From: Geosiphon pyriformis uo1
Taxonomy: Eukaryota; Fungi; Glomeromycota
NCBI GenBank assembly: GCA_016748015.1
Contig: JAAOMT010000222.1
Coordinates: 862,007 to 926,006 of the forward strand
Direction of reading: 5' to 3'
Length of the DNA: 64,000 bases
Shown here: positions 12,201 through 27,289 of the stretch, piece after piece
How the letters are laid out: each line of letters opens with the position of its first letter
Position numbering within the stretch: the stretch's first letter is position 1
The notes under the pieces: generated by a model
The model's database searches: none
What the model was told of the DNA's origin: nothing
Seen by the model: only the letters and a program-made list of their open reading frames with translations
Program-made: the position numbers and the translations under genes

Positions 12201-14654
12201 TTTTCAATCTTATTAAATGTAAGCTTATATCGTGTAATCATAAAAAATATTTAAAGACTTGTCAATATATTGCTATATTTTAAAAATATATTAAATAAGT
12301 TTACTATTTTCTTTACCAAAAATTTCTTAGAATTATGTTAAAGCAAATTTTGTTTTAAACTATATTTTGAACATGACATAACTAAAAACAAAACAAAGCA
12401 ATTTTAAAAAATAATAATAATACAAATTAATATTTCCAATTCTTTTAATGTAATTTTTTTTCTTAATTAGTTTTATTTTTTTTTTGAAATGACTCTTAAG
12501 ATTTTAAGCCACATTTCAAACTGAATAACTGAAAGTACAAATAACAATATTAATAATATATATTTAATTTAACACATAGATATTTATGTAAATACATATT
12601 AAAAGAGCTTTTTGTAATCAGTTTATAAAAAATAATTTCAAATTAAACAATTTTTTGTAGTATTTTATTTATTAGCTATTTCATAAATTTGTGATATAAC
12701 ACTTTTAAGCAAAATTAAACTGGAAATACATTTTGAAAAAATATATAAATATGTGTCATTTCTAATAAAAATATTTTTGATGAAGCACAAAGAAATTATA
12801 CCATTATATTTCTAAAAACCACTAGAATTTTATTCCCTCTTTTTAATTATCATATTTCAAAATTTTCTTCAATTAAATTATTTCAAATTGCAAAATATTC
12901 TTTTCGGCGCTTTTTAACTCAAAAACACTAGCAACATGCAAATAAAATCTTGCAATTAACTGGGAAAGCTTTGAGTTTACTAGCTTCACTATTATGAAAT
13001 TGGAAAATGGGGCTAAAATTACTAGCATTATATAATAAATTATTGATATTTCAATTAATAAACTTATTTTCAATACATAAAAGCTGCTGTAGCAACAGAC
13101 GGAGAATTTTATTTAATTTTTCCATATTTTAAATCTTTATTTAAGAAAAACAGAATAGAGAAGTAGAAAAGCCAACTTGTACCGTATCACATCCAAGGAA
13201 TGCAAAAAAATACATTAGTTCAAGTGGATAAAAAATGATTTGCGAAGGGTCAACTATGATAGATTCTTTAGTAAAAAAAAATTAAGGAGCTAAAGGATAA
13301 AAGATTTAAGAAAAGCATTTTTTGTGGACGTGGTGTTGGTTGTGGTAAGAAACATTTGAAATGGCTTGATGGATGATGATGATTAGTAGGGAGTAGTTTG
13401 TGATGAATAGAGGCTTGGGTTTTTGTTCTCAAAGATTTTGCATCGAACCTGAATTCGTCTGAGAAAAATTCCATAAAATATAATTTTTACAAAACAGCAT
13501 ATCCAGCAATAGCATGTATATCGTTTACAACCATCAATCCTCTCTGGTAATTGTCATCATCATTTGTCGTTCTATCATGTTTTATCTATTGGTCTTTTAA
13601 TTTATACTTTCCCTAAACTAGGAGTCAGCAACTTAATGTTTGTTAAAGAAAAAAATGGTGTTCAAATTTTTTTAAAAAATATTAGAATAAAAGCTTGGAT
13701 TTTAAGCGTTTAAATAAATAAATAAATATTGTTTTTTCTATTTATTAATTTAATTAGTAATTAATAATGTTTAATTAAATAAATTTATAAAAATGATGAT
13801 TTATCTTATAAAATTGAATATTTTCGTTTGAAGAAATACAAATTTACAATAAAATATTAGTGTGAATTGATTCAAAAAATATTTATTATACTTATAATAT
13901 CTTGAAATTTATAAAAATCATCATAATAACTTTTTTATATATTCAATTTGTTTGACGCTTCAGAAAAATAGAATGCAAAGTTTTTAAAGTGGGTGAACCT
14001 ACAGATTATTTCATTTCAAACTTTTTGCAAATTGATAACCTCAACCTCTTGGTGAGCCAAATACAAACTCAAAAATATTTTTCCTCTGTCTTTAGTGTGC
14101 TCACATGATAAGCTAATAAGAAGCCCGGGAAAATAGTAAATTTCGAGTTTTTAATCTTGATAATTTTAAATTATACCAACATCTCAATCTCATCAACTTA
14201 ATACATATATGCTTCTTTATCATTATGAAAATTAACTTTAAAATTTTGGAGAAACACCTTCTGAAATTCAAAAAATTGTGTCAATTATTTATTTTTTCCG
14301 TTTTAAGAAACCAATTAAGTAAACTTAGATTAGAAATAAAATTATGACTAGTAAGAGACAGCAATCATATTTGGTAGTTCTGTAAAATTTATGAAACATG
14401 TATAGCGAAAATTATTAACAGTTTTGAAAGATTTTCATATTGGAATACTTATAAAATAAAATTAATAGATTGTATTTTTTCATAAAAACTTTATTATTAA
14501 CCAATTTATAATTATTTCAATATTTAAATAGTCATTATTATAAAATAATTTCATGTGTTTTTATGTTTGAATGTTAGTTCTTATCACAAAATTCCGGACT
14601 CAATCCGTAATATTTCCATAAAGAATAAGTTTCTCAACCAAAAAAATCAGCAAT

Positions 14655-16179
14655 TTAACTGCAATCACCCATTGTAATACTAAAATAAGGGCCGTAATGC
14701 TCTTGAATACTGTTCTCGCCTGCGATCGATTGTCCAGAATTACATTCCTAAAAGTTTTGTTTGATTGAAAAAAGTCAAATCTTGAGGTCTATTTGGATTC
14801 CCAAATGTCGAAATGAAAAACAATATCAATACTACTATTATAAACAAAAATCACTACCTTATTCTCCCCTGCTAAATTATCTCCAGAAAAATAAAGCTTT
14901 ACCCGACGAAAAAGATTAACTCGTTCTAAATTGGAAATTTTTTGAGATCTTCCACAATCCCATACAACTTCATCTTCAGGACAATCACAATCTATTGGTC
15001 CAATCATTACTTCCCTTTCGTGATGTTGCATTATTGGGCGTTCATGTTCAATTGGAGGAAAATGTGGGACGTAATCATTTTGACGAGTAACTCTTGTAAC
15101 CTTTACCAAGTCATTCATCATATTAGCAAACATTATATTTCCCGTTCTTGGTTGACCAAAAGTATAAATGGAAATATCAAGTGTCCCTTGGAATTTGATT
15201 CCGGGTGGATAAACTCCAATAAGATCCACTATTGTAAATATTAAACCCGCTATTGCTGCATATGCTATTAATTTTTAAAAAGAAAAAAATCGAATTACTG
15301 AAGAAAAAGGTTTCAAAAACGAAACATTGTAAATTACTCACCACCACCTACACCATGTCCAGAAAAACAAATGCGTGTGAATCCTTTTTCTTCGATTTTA
15401 CTATATATCATTGATATAATAGCATCCATCATCATTATTACCTCATAAAACCATTCTTTATCAACTAGTACTAATGCGTTTTCCTTCATGCCTGGAAGCC
15501 TAAATAGTTCCAACTCACTTTTTCTATTGAACCAGTCAGTTTTGCTTAAAATAGGTGCTCTGAAATGTACAACAATAGTTTCTAAGGGTGGATATTGGAA
15601 TACGTTACCTGTTACAGTCGATTGAATATGGGGTAGTAAAAAAGTTATTTGAATTGAAGTGTCTTTAAACTTTCAAAATTGAAAAAAACTGAATTATTAT
15701 AATATACCAAAAATGTCTTTCCCATTTTCCACAAACTGTCCAAAATTATTATACGAGGAAAATGGCTTACAATAGGCCATATTTGCAAATGCAGCGTTCC
15801 ATTTTAATAGTCCAATCTCAATTCTTTGAGTATTGTTAAATGGTCGTTTTTTAGGGTACACTTTATTACCATTGTCTGTTCTTTTATAGAAGGAATAATC
15901 ATTACTAATTCGTGTCGTTTTTGATAAAAATGAGAATTGAGGTGATATTAAATGTTTCTTAATTGATTCTCGAATATTTTCAGATGGATAAAGTTTATTT
16001 TGTTTTGAATTTGAGAAATTCATCCAAATATCTTTGGATTTTAAACCATTCAAATGTGAAGAAATGGTAATTAAAATAAAGAATATGAATGTTAAAATTA
16101 TTGAAAGGGAACATAATAGGTTTGATTTTATTGAAAATAACCGAGATTTTTTAGTAGAATTTCTTTGTATTTCAGACAT
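14655..16179 (-). CDS. Class-3 lipase-like protein, copy 2 (GHGVGG)
   Basis: Exons 16179-15708, 15608-15342, 15264-14858 and 14747-14655 with GT-AG introns and an open frame. Motifs ANMAYC, IVVHFRAP, FSGHGVGG, TFGQPRTGN, NDYVPHFPP, EHYGPYF. Confidence 0.9.
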
Positions 16180-16281
16180 TGTCTCGCTATCTTAAGCTTT
16201 GAAAAGTTTCCTAAATAATTGTGCTCAATTCAATAAAAGATGAAAACTGGATTTTTAGCTCGATATTTAGCAAAGATTATA

Positions 16282-16341
16282 GATCACCAGCACCGGAATT
16301 ATCCTCACAGGTAAAAGGATATTATAAAGGATTTGTTGTGT
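16282..16341 (-). promoter_or_regulatory. Conserved upstream element of lipase copy 2
   Basis: GATCACCAGCACCGGAATTATCCTCACAGGTAAAAGGATATTATAAAGGATTTGTTGTG. Confidence 0.6.
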
Positions 16342-16423
16342 GAATATTTAAACTAACATTTCTGAATGATAGAAAATTTTTTTTTAAAACTTTCGATTTT
16401 ATATCCTTAAACAAAATACTAAG

Positions 16424-16447
16424 TATAATAATAACAATAATAATAAT

Positions 16448-16483
<36 letters not shown>

Positions 16484-16512
16484 AATAATAATAATAATAA
16501 TAATTATTATTA
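16424..16512. repeat. Compound (AAT)n/(AAC)n microsatellite at the junction between repeat units
   Basis: Direct reading. Confidence 0.9.
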
Positions 16513-16519
16513 TTCATTA

Positions 16520-17660
16520 TTAACCTGTTATTAAATACTAACCAAGACATAGAATTATGCTAATTGTATTATCTTTTAACTTTCCCATTTTCTTTAAAAA
16601 GATCAGCAGCTGATTACATTAATTAAATTATTTACATATGTAATTTAGTTAGATTTATATTGCTCGTAGTTACTTTCCTCTTTATTATCTATTAATGTGC
16701 TATCTAATTTGTTACAACATAGTAATATAACAATCTGTTGTAATCATGAATCAAAATACTTGAGTAATTTAAAAAAATTAGTTTAGTGTTGATGTTGTTT
16801 GACCATTATTTTCTATATAAATACTTATTTAAAAATGAACAAAATACTGTATATACTGAATAAAAACACTTGTAATTTATAATACATCTTACACAAAATG
16901 TAAAAAATGCAATTTTATGCTGTGTGAGAAAATAATTTAAAAGATATAAAAAGATACGGACTTGAATAAGTATCTTTCATACTATATTGAGTTATCTTCT
17001 CAAAATACTCAAAAAAACAGCGTGCAAGAATCTGTAAGCAAGAGAAATTATGCCAAATGCCTTCTGAGCATTTTATTATATGGTCTTCATGTTAACAAAA
17101 AATTGGCAACAAATTTATCACAAAAAGTATTATGCATTTTGCAAACTATTGGAAAGCATTTAGCTGAAAATATATATGCGAAAAGTCTTTGAAAAACCAT
17201 ACCAATATTTAACAAAGCTCAAAATAACGAATTAAGTAATTCATGACTATATATCTAAAATAAGATAAATTTTTGGAAATGAACGGTAGTTTCATTAAAA
17301 TAATGACCCAAAATATACTGGTCATTTGGCCAAAGCTCTTTTAAAAAAATATGTCTGAAGTTATCAAGTGGTCAACTAATAGCCCAGACTTAAACCCCAT
17401 TGAAAAATAGTGGGCCATCTTTAAGAGTAATATAGAAAAAGAAATACTCAAAAATTGCAATGCATTAAAGCAATTCATAAGAGAGAAGTGACATAATATT
17501 TCTCGATCTACCTTAATCGAGTTAGTAAAATCATGCAGCAGCAATGTGAGCTAGTTATTTATATTTACACGTTAATTAAATTTACAAATATCAAAATATT
17601 AATTCTTAACTTATTCGTATTAACTTTAGTTTTTATGATATTGTTTATAAATTTTTGATT
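16520..17660 (+). repeat. Near-identical duplicate of about 2284-3417, including the second Tc1 remnant
   Basis: Both start TAACCTGTTATTAAATACTAACCAAGACATAG and align almost base for base. KWSTNSPDLNPIEK*W at about 17366-17413. Confidence 0.9.
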
Positions 17661-19280
17661 AAAAATCAAAATTTAAAAAAATGCTCATCTTAATTATTTT
17701 ATGATTTTATTAAACACATCACAAAATTGATATAATTATTAATTCCAAGTTTTAAATAATATGAGAAATTTTCACAACCTGCTTATTATTTAATTTATTT
17801 TTGTTATCATTTTGAATATTTTTTTTAGCTTGTTTGAATATACAGCTTTAAATTATTTAAAATAACAAATAAAAATTAGTAGCAAAATTATGAAAATGAA
17901 AGAATATTTGAAAATAATAATAATTAATTAAACACAAATAAATAAATAAATTTTGTTTTTGCAATTATCAATTTAATTATTCATCAATGATTTTCAATAA
18001 AAAAATTATTTATCATGTAAACTTGAATATTTTTACATTCCTTAGTTCTAATTAAACAATTTCGTCTTATATGCTCACTACTACTTTAGTATCTGTGCCA
18101 AGATTGCATTTCTGTCAATCTCATTTAAATATTTATGATGAATACAAATTTCCAATCAAATATTAGTCTGAATTGATTCATAAATTTTTATTATACTTAT
18201 AATATCTTGAACATTGATAAACATAATCTTCACAACTTTCTTATATTTTAGCCAGACAATCACAATTTCTAGTAATTTATTCAATTGCTTGACGCTTCAG
18301 AAAAATAGAATGCAAAATTTTTAAAGTGGGTAAACTAACAGATTATTATATAATTTCTGAGATTCAAGCTTTTTCAAATTGAAACCTTCCACTTCAATAT
18401 GAACCAAATCCAAAATCCAAAAATAATTTTCCTAGTCATAAGTGTTCTCAAATAAAAGGTCCCGAAAATATTTGAGTTTTTAATCTTGCTTATAACAAAG
18501 ATCTACCAATATCATCAACTTAATGTATATATATAGGCTTTTTCTTCCATTAGCTTAGTTTTGAAAAAAAACGTTGAAGGGTATAAAACATTTCATTATG
18601 AGAATTAACGTTATATATTTTTTATTTTGGAGAAATACCTTCAAAAAATTCAAAAAATTGGTTCATTTATTTATTTTTCTGATTTTTGGCTCTTGAAAAA
18701 ACTAACCAAATAAAGTTAAACTGTTAAAGATTAGAAATAAATTATTACTATTTGTATCTGTTGTGTGATAGCAATATTGTTGTTACATCTTTGATAAACT
18801 ACCAACAATGATCAATTTTGAATGGAAGCATAATAATTAATACCTCATTATATTGGAGGCTGTGTAAAATCTATGAAAACATGGATAGAAATATTATAAA
18901 AAAATATTTGACTGTACATCACAATTTCTGAATTTAGATTTGATGAAATAATTATAAATAAAATTAATAGATGTTTTCAAAGTGTAGTTTTTTTTTCTAT
19001 TTTCGAATAAAATAATTGGTAAAAAAATTATGTGAATTATATAAAATTAATTTTTTTTAATTTTAATTCATTAATGGTATTGTTAAGAATAAATAATGAA
19101 ATAAAAGTCAGAATTATATAAAAATTTAAATAGTCATTAATATAAAATAATTTCATTTACTTTTATTTTTGAAATGATAGTTCTTATTACAAAATTCCAT
19201 AAACGATATAAAAAACCAAGTTTCTCAAGCAGAAAAAAAACTATTTTTTTGCAAATTAATAGTAATCTTTCAAATAAAAT

Positions 19281-20846
19281 TTAGCTATCCATCAATAGAC
19301 TGCAATCACCCATTGTAACACCGAAATAAGGGCCGTAATGTTCTTGAATGTTGTTCTCGCCTGCGATCGATTGTCCAGAATTGCATTCCTAATTTTGTTT
19401 AATTGAATAAAATCGAAAACTCAAGGTTTATTTGGACTCCAAAATTTCGAAATGAAATAATACCAATGCAATCATTATAAGCAAAAATTACTACCTTATT
19501 CTCCCCTGCTAAATCATCGTCAGGAATCCAAAACTTTTCCCGACGAAAATCGTTCATTCTTTCTAAATTGAAAATTTTTTGAGGTCTTCCACAATCCCAT
19601 ATAGCTTCTCTATCAATTAAAACAATTTCTTCATCTTCAGGACAATCACAATCTATTGGTCCAATCATTACTTCCCTTTCATGATGTTGCATTATTGAGC
19701 GTTTATTTTCAATTGGAAGAAAATGTGGGACGTAATCATTTTGACGAGTAACTCTTGTAACCTGTACTAAGTCATTCATCATTTTAGCAAACATTATATT
19801 TCCCGTTCTTGGTTGACCATAAGTATAAATGGAAATATCAAGTGATCCTTTGAATTTCATTTCGGATGAACGAAGTCCAATAAGTTCCAATACCGCAAAT
19901 GATAAACCCGCTATTGCTGCATATGCTATTAATTTTTAAAAAGAAAAAAAAAATCCAAATTACTGAAGAAAAAGTTTTTTCAAAAACCAAACAATGTAAA
20001 TTACTCACCACCACCTACACCATGCCCACAAAAAACAATTTTTGTGAATCCTTTTTCTTCGATTGTAGTATATATTATTGATACTATATCATCCATCATC
20101 ATGAATACCTCATTAAACCATTCTTTATCAACTAGTACTAATGCGTTTGTCGTCATTCCTGGAACACTAAATGGTTCCAACTCATTTTTTCTATTATACC
20201 AGTCAGTTTTGCTTAAAATAGGTGCTCTGAAATGTACAACAATAGTTTCTAAGGGTGTATATTGGAATACGCTACCTGTTACAGTCGATTGAATATGGAA
20301 ATAGTAAAAAGTTATTTTAAGTGAGGAGTCTTTAAACTTTCAAAATTGAAAAAAACTGAATTATTATAATATACCAAAAATGTCTTTCTCATTTTTCGCC
20401 AAATTTCCAAAAAGGTTAAATGAGGAATATGGTTCACAATAGGCCATATTTGCATATAAAGCGTGACGATTTAATAGTATAATCGCATCTATTTGAGTGC
20501 TGTCAAATGGTCGTTTTTTAAGGTACACTTCATTACCATTATCTGTTCTTTTAAAGAAGGAATAATTATTACTAATTTGTGATGTTTTTGGTAAAAATGA
20601 GAATTGAGATGATGTTAAAGGTTTCTTGATGGATTCTGGAATATTTTGAAATGGATAAAGTTTATTTCGTTTTGAATTTGAGAAATTCATCAAAATATTT
20701 CTGAATTTTAAATCATTCAAATGTAAAGAAATGGTAATTAAAATAAAGAATACGAATATTAAAATTAATAAAATGAAATATAATAGTTTTAATTTTATTG
20801 AAAAAAATTCAAATTTTTTAGTAGAGTTTTTTTGAATTTTATACAT
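19281..20846 (-). CDS. Class-3 lipase-like protein, copy 3 (GHGVGG)
   Basis: Same four-exon structure. FVGHGVGG at 20027-20010, TYGQPRTGN, NDYVPHFLP, EHYGPYFGVTMGDCSLLMDS*. Confidence 0.9.
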
Positions 20847-20917
20847 TGTCTCGTTATCTCAATTTTGAAAAAGGTAGGTAAATAACTATGCTCAATTCAA
20901 TAAGAGATGATTAGGGA

Positions 20918-20978
20918 GATCATCAGCACCGGAATTATTTTCACAAGAAAAAAGATATTATAAATGAATTTGTTGTGG
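20918..20978 (-). promoter_or_regulatory. Conserved upstream element of lipase copy 3
   Basis: GATCATCAGCACCGGAATTATTTTCACAAGAAAAAAGATATTATAAATGAATTTGTTGTGG. Confidence 0.6.
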
Positions 20979-21199
20979 GTGGGTTTGGAATAATTAAACA
21001 AATGATAGGCAAAAAGTTTTTTGAAACTTCAGATTTTCCTATGACATATTAATATTTTTAAAAAATAATTATAATAATAGATATATTATTAAAAAAAAAA
21101 TCAAAAATATTCAACAATTTCTCCCAAAAAATGGGACCATTTTAATAGATATCAAAAATAATACGCGAAACAAAAGTTAATGAAATATATCATGTAAGC

Positions 21200-21840
21200 A
21201 ATTTATTCTAAAAATAAATTTTCTTTATAATGTTAAAAGTTCGATTAAGATTTTAGTTTAAAACTTTTGGTAAATATAAAATTGAATGCAATAAAATGAG
21301 AATAGTTTATCGAGGTTTGGTGATACTCGCCTTGTTGGTATTATTTATGCTAAAAATTACAGCTATAAGCTACTGCTTTATTGGCTCAAGTTAAATTTAA
21401 CCAAATGATTTTGTCAAATCAAATTCAACCATCTAATTTGCTGTAACTTGAGATCAAGCTTTTTTTTGACAATTAGGTTTTAAATAGAGCTGAAAATATT
21501 CTTGAGTGAAAAATACAAAGAAAAAGAAAAATTTTCAGGTTTTTAAAACTAAAGTTATTAAAGAGTAAAGATAAGGTCACATTGAATTAAGGATAAAACT
21601 AGACAAAATTTTATATTAAAATAAAAATATATAAGAAATTTTGCTAACCTCAAGGTGCATATAACTTTCTTTAATGGATGAAATTTTATTTTCATTTTTT
21701 ATCAGTTTAGACTTATTTTTTTTTAACATAGAACATATTAACTTTATCAATATGTGCTATAAAGTATAGAAATGTTTTTGCGATGGGATTCTCACTCTTG
21801 TTTTTTCAACCATGCAAGATATTTTTTCTTTTTCTTTTTT
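21200..21840 (-). pseudogene. Decayed paralog of the 61.3-62.5 kb pseudogene
   Basis: RVRIPSQKHFYTL*HILIKLI here versus KVRITSQKHFYILYHILIKLI at 62.4 kb. A second shared block TTGGT.AAATTTAACTTG..CCAA. Confidence 0.6.
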
Positions 21841-22539
21841 TACTAATTTTAGAATTAACCTAGAAACATAGCTTTTCTTTTTATTAAGCTTGCTGTTTAC
21901 TTAAAATTTTTTTAACTAATGTTTAAGTTGAAAAATATTTGTAATTGATATTATTTTTTTAATCTGCCTTTCATTTGAGATAATTCCTTTTTGATCTTTG
22001 TAACATTTAGATTTAATAAGAGAAAAATTGGGAAAAACTATTCAATCCCTTGTTGGTAAATTATAAAATGTAGAAAACTAATTTCAATAAATGCACGAAT
22101 TAAAATTGATAAAAAGTTATATATATATATGATTAAAAAATGTAATATTTTTAATTGAGAATGAAAGTCATCTTAAATATTTCGTTAGCTTAAAATTTTA
22201 AGAATTGAGATTAGAAATAATGAATTTGGATCATAAAAAAATATATCATTAAAAAATTATTATTTCTTTTAAAATTAAATATTCCATTCAAAATATTAAA
22301 TTTACTTAACACTTCTCTTGGTAAAAAGATTCCTAATTTTGTATAATCAATACAATAAAGTTTATCTGCTATTAAAGTAAAACTTCAAATTCTGTATCGT
22401 TTGTTTGGTGGTTTGCAAACGTTTTAGGAAAAATCCAGTTTAAATATTATAGAGGCTTTGATTGGTAAGAATGATCTCAGACAAAATATTTAAGGGGCCA
22501 AAATAATGGATGAACAATTACTTCAGTTCCTGTATAAGT

Positions 22540-22626
22540 ATCAGACCACGTGTAAATAGCATAAATACTGTGGGAAAAGATTTCATTCCCAAAATACAGT
22601 AGATTATTGAAACTTCTGTTTTACCG
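22540..22626 (+). pseudogene. Truncated homolog of the 5' end of the BTB gene at 63.0-63.1 kb
   Basis: ATACAGTAGAT..TTGAAACTTCTGTTTTACC is shared with 63071-63103, with weaker similarity upstream. Confidence 0.6.
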
Positions 22627-22899
22627 ATGTCACCCCCAATTATGCTATGTTACATAAAACAATAAACTTCGATCTAAAAACAAATATTTATTTTACAATA
22701 AAACCTCAAAATTTGTTACTTAAACAAAAATATCAAATCTTAAAAATAATTTTGACCAACAGCATATTTCAGTGTTTGATCTTATAAAAATTATTAAAAT
22801 TAATCAAAACACTAAAATAAGACAGTTTCATATTTATTTTATGTTAACTGTTTCATTCTAAGTTTAAAATTTTTATTTTATATTTTATTTATTATATAT

Positions 22900-25800
22900 A
22901 CAAAAACATAATTGAAATTTTTATTGTTTTTACTTATACATTAAATATAAGTATATATTTTTTGTTAACAACAGACAGCCATTTGTAAAATGTTATTATT
23001 ATGTATATATTTCTCTTAATATTATAAAAAACAAAAATTGTAATATAATTAAAAAAATATTAAAGAATAACTTTAATTTTTACATTTTTTAATAGTTCTA
23101 TAATATTTTCTGTTTAACAATATTTAAATATCTTTTAACTTTGGTTTAAATAATATTTTTAAATTTGGTTTTTAAAAAACTAAATTTGTCTTTGCGTATG
23201 ATTATAAAAAAACTTATTGTTAAACAAAATATTATAATTTAAGTTTTTTAAAATATAATAATACAATTATAATAGTTTTAAATTTAGTTATGATAAATAA
23301 CATTATATTTTTGTAAAAGCTTTAGAAAAATTGTTTTTTATATAATATATTGTTTTAATTCAAATTTTATATGTAAAAACCAAATATTTAACAATATTTA
23401 TTGTTTTTAATTCTGTAATCACTTTATTATTATTAATACACAAATTATAAAAACAATATTTATATGTTTATTAACAGTTGTTTTTTTTTTAAAAATTTAT
23501 ACAATATTTAAACTAAATTACAGATTTTTAAAACATTTATTAAAAATTTTTTCAAATTAATTAGCATAAATAATATTTAATTTTTATTTAATACTTTAAA
23601 AACTAATTTATATTCAATAATACAACAAATTTTAAAAATATTGAATTTATTATAAAATAACCAATTTTTTATCAATAATAATTGTAATTACTTTTAAATA
23701 AAAATCAACTTTTTAAAAAAACTTATTTATAAGCTATAACTATAAAATTTTAATGTTATATATTAAAATTATTTTTATGTATTTAAATTTTGTAAAATAT
23801 TTATTAATTTTTAATAAAATAAATAAATAAATAAATAAAAATAAATAAAGTATTTAAGTTTAAAATTTGTTTAATAACAATTATTGATTTTATAGAATAT
23901 ATTAAAAAATTATTTACCAATTTATGAAATTAGAAATTTTGTAATAAATTTTAAACCTATTATTATGTGTTATTTTTAAAAAAATTAATTATTAAGTTTT
24001 AACTTGTATAATTTATTGCTTAAAAGTTAATACATGTAAAATGATTTATTTTATTGTTTTTTAGTTTTTTTTTGTGTAAAAGAGCTTTATTTTAAATTTT
24101 GAATTTATTAATAGCTAGAAATAATTTTTTTTAATCTTAAAAATTTTTAATATAAGTTTTTATTTTTTTGCAATAAACTAAACTAAAAATGTTTTTATTG
24201 TAAAATTAATACTATTTTTTATAAGTTAAATTAATAATGTTAATAAAATAAAAATTTATTATTTTGTTAAAAATTGATTAAACTTTGACTATAATTTACA
24301 AAGTGTTTTATTAAAATATTTTACAAATTTATTTGTTTATAGATAATAAAATAAAAACAAAAATTTTTAATATTAAATTTTTTGTACTAAATTGTTTATA
24401 AAATATGTTTTTTAATTTAATAAAATTCATTTAAATATTTATGTTTACAAATAAAGTTTTTATAAATATAATTTGCTATAAATTTTGTATTTGCTTTTTA
24501 AATAATTTTGGCTTCTAATTATTTTATAAAATAATTTACTATTACTAATATATATTATTTTTTAATAATAAATAATAATTTGACTAAATTGATTCTAATT
24601 TTATTAAAAAATTGTTTAAATTTAATTAGATTTATAAGCTTTATAGATTAAAACTTTTTAATAATTGTTATAAAAGTTAATATATTGTTTAATCTTTAAA
24701 AAAAATTTTAATAAAAAATCTGATTATATGTTATAAATAATAATTTTTTGTATTTTGAAACTAATTTGAATAAGCTGTTTAAATTTTTAAAGTTTTAATA
24801 ATAAACAATATTATTTTATATAAAAAATTGTTATAATTAATTTTGTAATATAAGGAGCATTTCTAAATAATTTAATTTATTAAAAATTTTTTGGGTTAAG
24901 TTTTGTTATATTAATAAGTTATTTAAATTCAATATTATTACTAATAATATTGAATTTTTTTAAGTAAATATTATTAAATATGTTTAAAAGTTTAAATAAC
25001 TATATAGTTTATTTTAACAGTCTTAAAAGATTTTTTAACATAAATAATTCTTTATTTTTTATTTATTTAATTAAAAAACTTAATAAAAAGCATAATTAAC
25101 AAGAAAAATTTTTGTAATTTTTATAATTTGTTAATAAAAAAGTTTTTAAAGTTTTTAAAAGTGTTTAACATATTGTTAATTCGAAATAAAAAATAAGTAT
25201 TTCTTTTTTATAATATTGTTAAGCTTTTAGTAATTAACACAAAATTGGATTTTGTTATTTTTTTTTATAAAAACTATTAACAAGATTTAAAAGCTTATTA
25301 AATATCGATTAAAATTATTTTTAAGCATTTATTGAACTTTTTTTTTCTAATAAATTAATGATTAATAAATAAGATTTGTTAATATATTAGATAAAATATT
25401 TTTAGTATAAATTTAATATTAAACTAAATTAGTTTTTAAATTGTTGTTATTTTGGATAAAAATATCTATATATTTTGCAATAAGCTTTTTAAATTGAAAT
25501 GTGCTGATATTAATTTCAGTTTTTTAATAATTGTGTAAAAATTTTTAGTAATAAAAATAAATAATGTTTTTAAAAGCAAATATTTAATAATTTTTGTAAA
25601 ATTAAGAACTGTTTAAAATATTTTTTAAGAAAAATATTACTATATATAATTTCAATATTTAATTAACTACAAAAATATTTTTTTAATATATTTAAAAACA
25701 CTATAAAAAAATTTGTTTATTAACAAAAATTTATTATATAAATATTTTGAATAACTTAGTAATATTATAAAAAATATACAATTCTTAAAAAAACAACTTC

Positions 25801-26100
25801 AAAAATTTAGGTAAAAATCTTAAATATTATGTAATTAAATGTTTTATGAGTTTTAATTATTACAAAAAAGCCAAAACATTTATATAAAAATTTGGTCTTT
25901 TAAATTTAAAACCAATATTATTACAGCTATTATATATTTTATTAGCCAAAAACTTTAAAATATTAGATAGTTTTAAAATAAACAACTTAAATTTTTATTA
26001 AATGATTTGATTTTATTAAAGTTTAACTTTTTAAAAAAAAATAATATTATAATTAAAACTTTTAATTTTTAATTATATTAATTTTTTTATTTTTAAAATA
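22900..26100 (-). mobile_element. Extremely decayed repeat-derived DNA, possibly an older non-LTR retrotransposon
   Basis: Very high AT, almost no CpG, only faint RT-like peptide traces near 25.2-25.5 kb. Confidence 0.25.
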
Positions 26101-27289
26101 AGTTATTAATATAATTATTGATTATATTATTGATTTTTTTAAAATATATAAATAAAATTTCCTAAAACTATAAAAAATTATTTTAAATTAAAATTATTTT
26201 CTTATTATAAAATCAATAAAATAATTTTATTTTTGAATTTTATTTTATTTTTCAATTTATATATTTTTAGTTTTTATTATATAAAGTTTATTAAAAAGTC
26301 AAATTATAAGATTACTAATATAAAATATAGCTAAATTATTTTTTATTAATAATATAAATTTTTTTTCTAATTTTCTAATTTTTTTGTTATTTTTTAAAAA
26401 AAATAATGACTAAAATATTTATAAAATTAATTTTACATATTAAATTTTTACAAATTTAATTTGTTTATTAAAATTTATTTTTTTTTAATTGTTTTATTAT
26501 TATATAATATTTGTTTTTTCTTATTATTTATTAATATATTACTTAAATTTATATTAATATAATAATTAAAGCATATAATATTTTAAATTATATAATATTA
26601 AATATTTAGAAGTTTATTAAAATATTGAATAATTTATTAGAATTTACATTTAAGTTTTAAAAATTTGTTAAATATTTGCAAAAAAATAAAATATTATTAT
26701 TTAAAATAATAATTAAATATTTTTTTTAAAAAATGTATTTTATCTAAAATTGAGTTTAATTTTTTAAAAAGTGGTTTAATACTATAATCAAAAATAATAA
26801 TAATAATAATATATATATATTATACATACAAAAATATTTAATTTATTTACAAATTATATTTATAATATTTAACTTATTTTTACAAATTATATTTATAATA
26901 TTTAAACTATTTTTACAAATATAATTCTTAAAAACAAATTATTTATTTTGTATTTTAAATTACCAAAATCTAAAAAATAACTATATTTTATTATTAAAAT
27001 AAATAAATAAAAATACTCTTAATTAATATTATTAAAGATTTAAACATTTTTAATAATATTAAAAAAAGTAAAAATATTTTTAATAATAATAATAATAAGG
27101 AAATTATATATTTACAAACAGTTTTAATTAATATATTATTATTTAAAATAATTTGATTAAGATATTTAATTTTTATTTTATTTAATGAGTACAGCCCAAT
27201 TATTATTTAATATAAAAACAAACCAAGTAATTTTAACTAAATATAGCTTATATATTTACTATATATAACCAACTACTTGGATTAATTTA

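Noticed and set aside
9529-13500. Short ORFs at 9529-9810, 12873-13073 and 13268-13474
   Set aside because: Low-complexity K/I/N/L/F peptides in AT-rich DNA with no motif or splice support. A decayed gene near 12.9-13.5 kb is possible but I could not reconstruct it.
14942-15244. Plus-strand ORFs antisense to lipase exons (also 20044-20292, 54519-54767, 57789-57989, 58159-58404)
   Set aside because: They recur only because the sense-strand lipase sequence is duplicated; starts and stops are inconsistent among copies.
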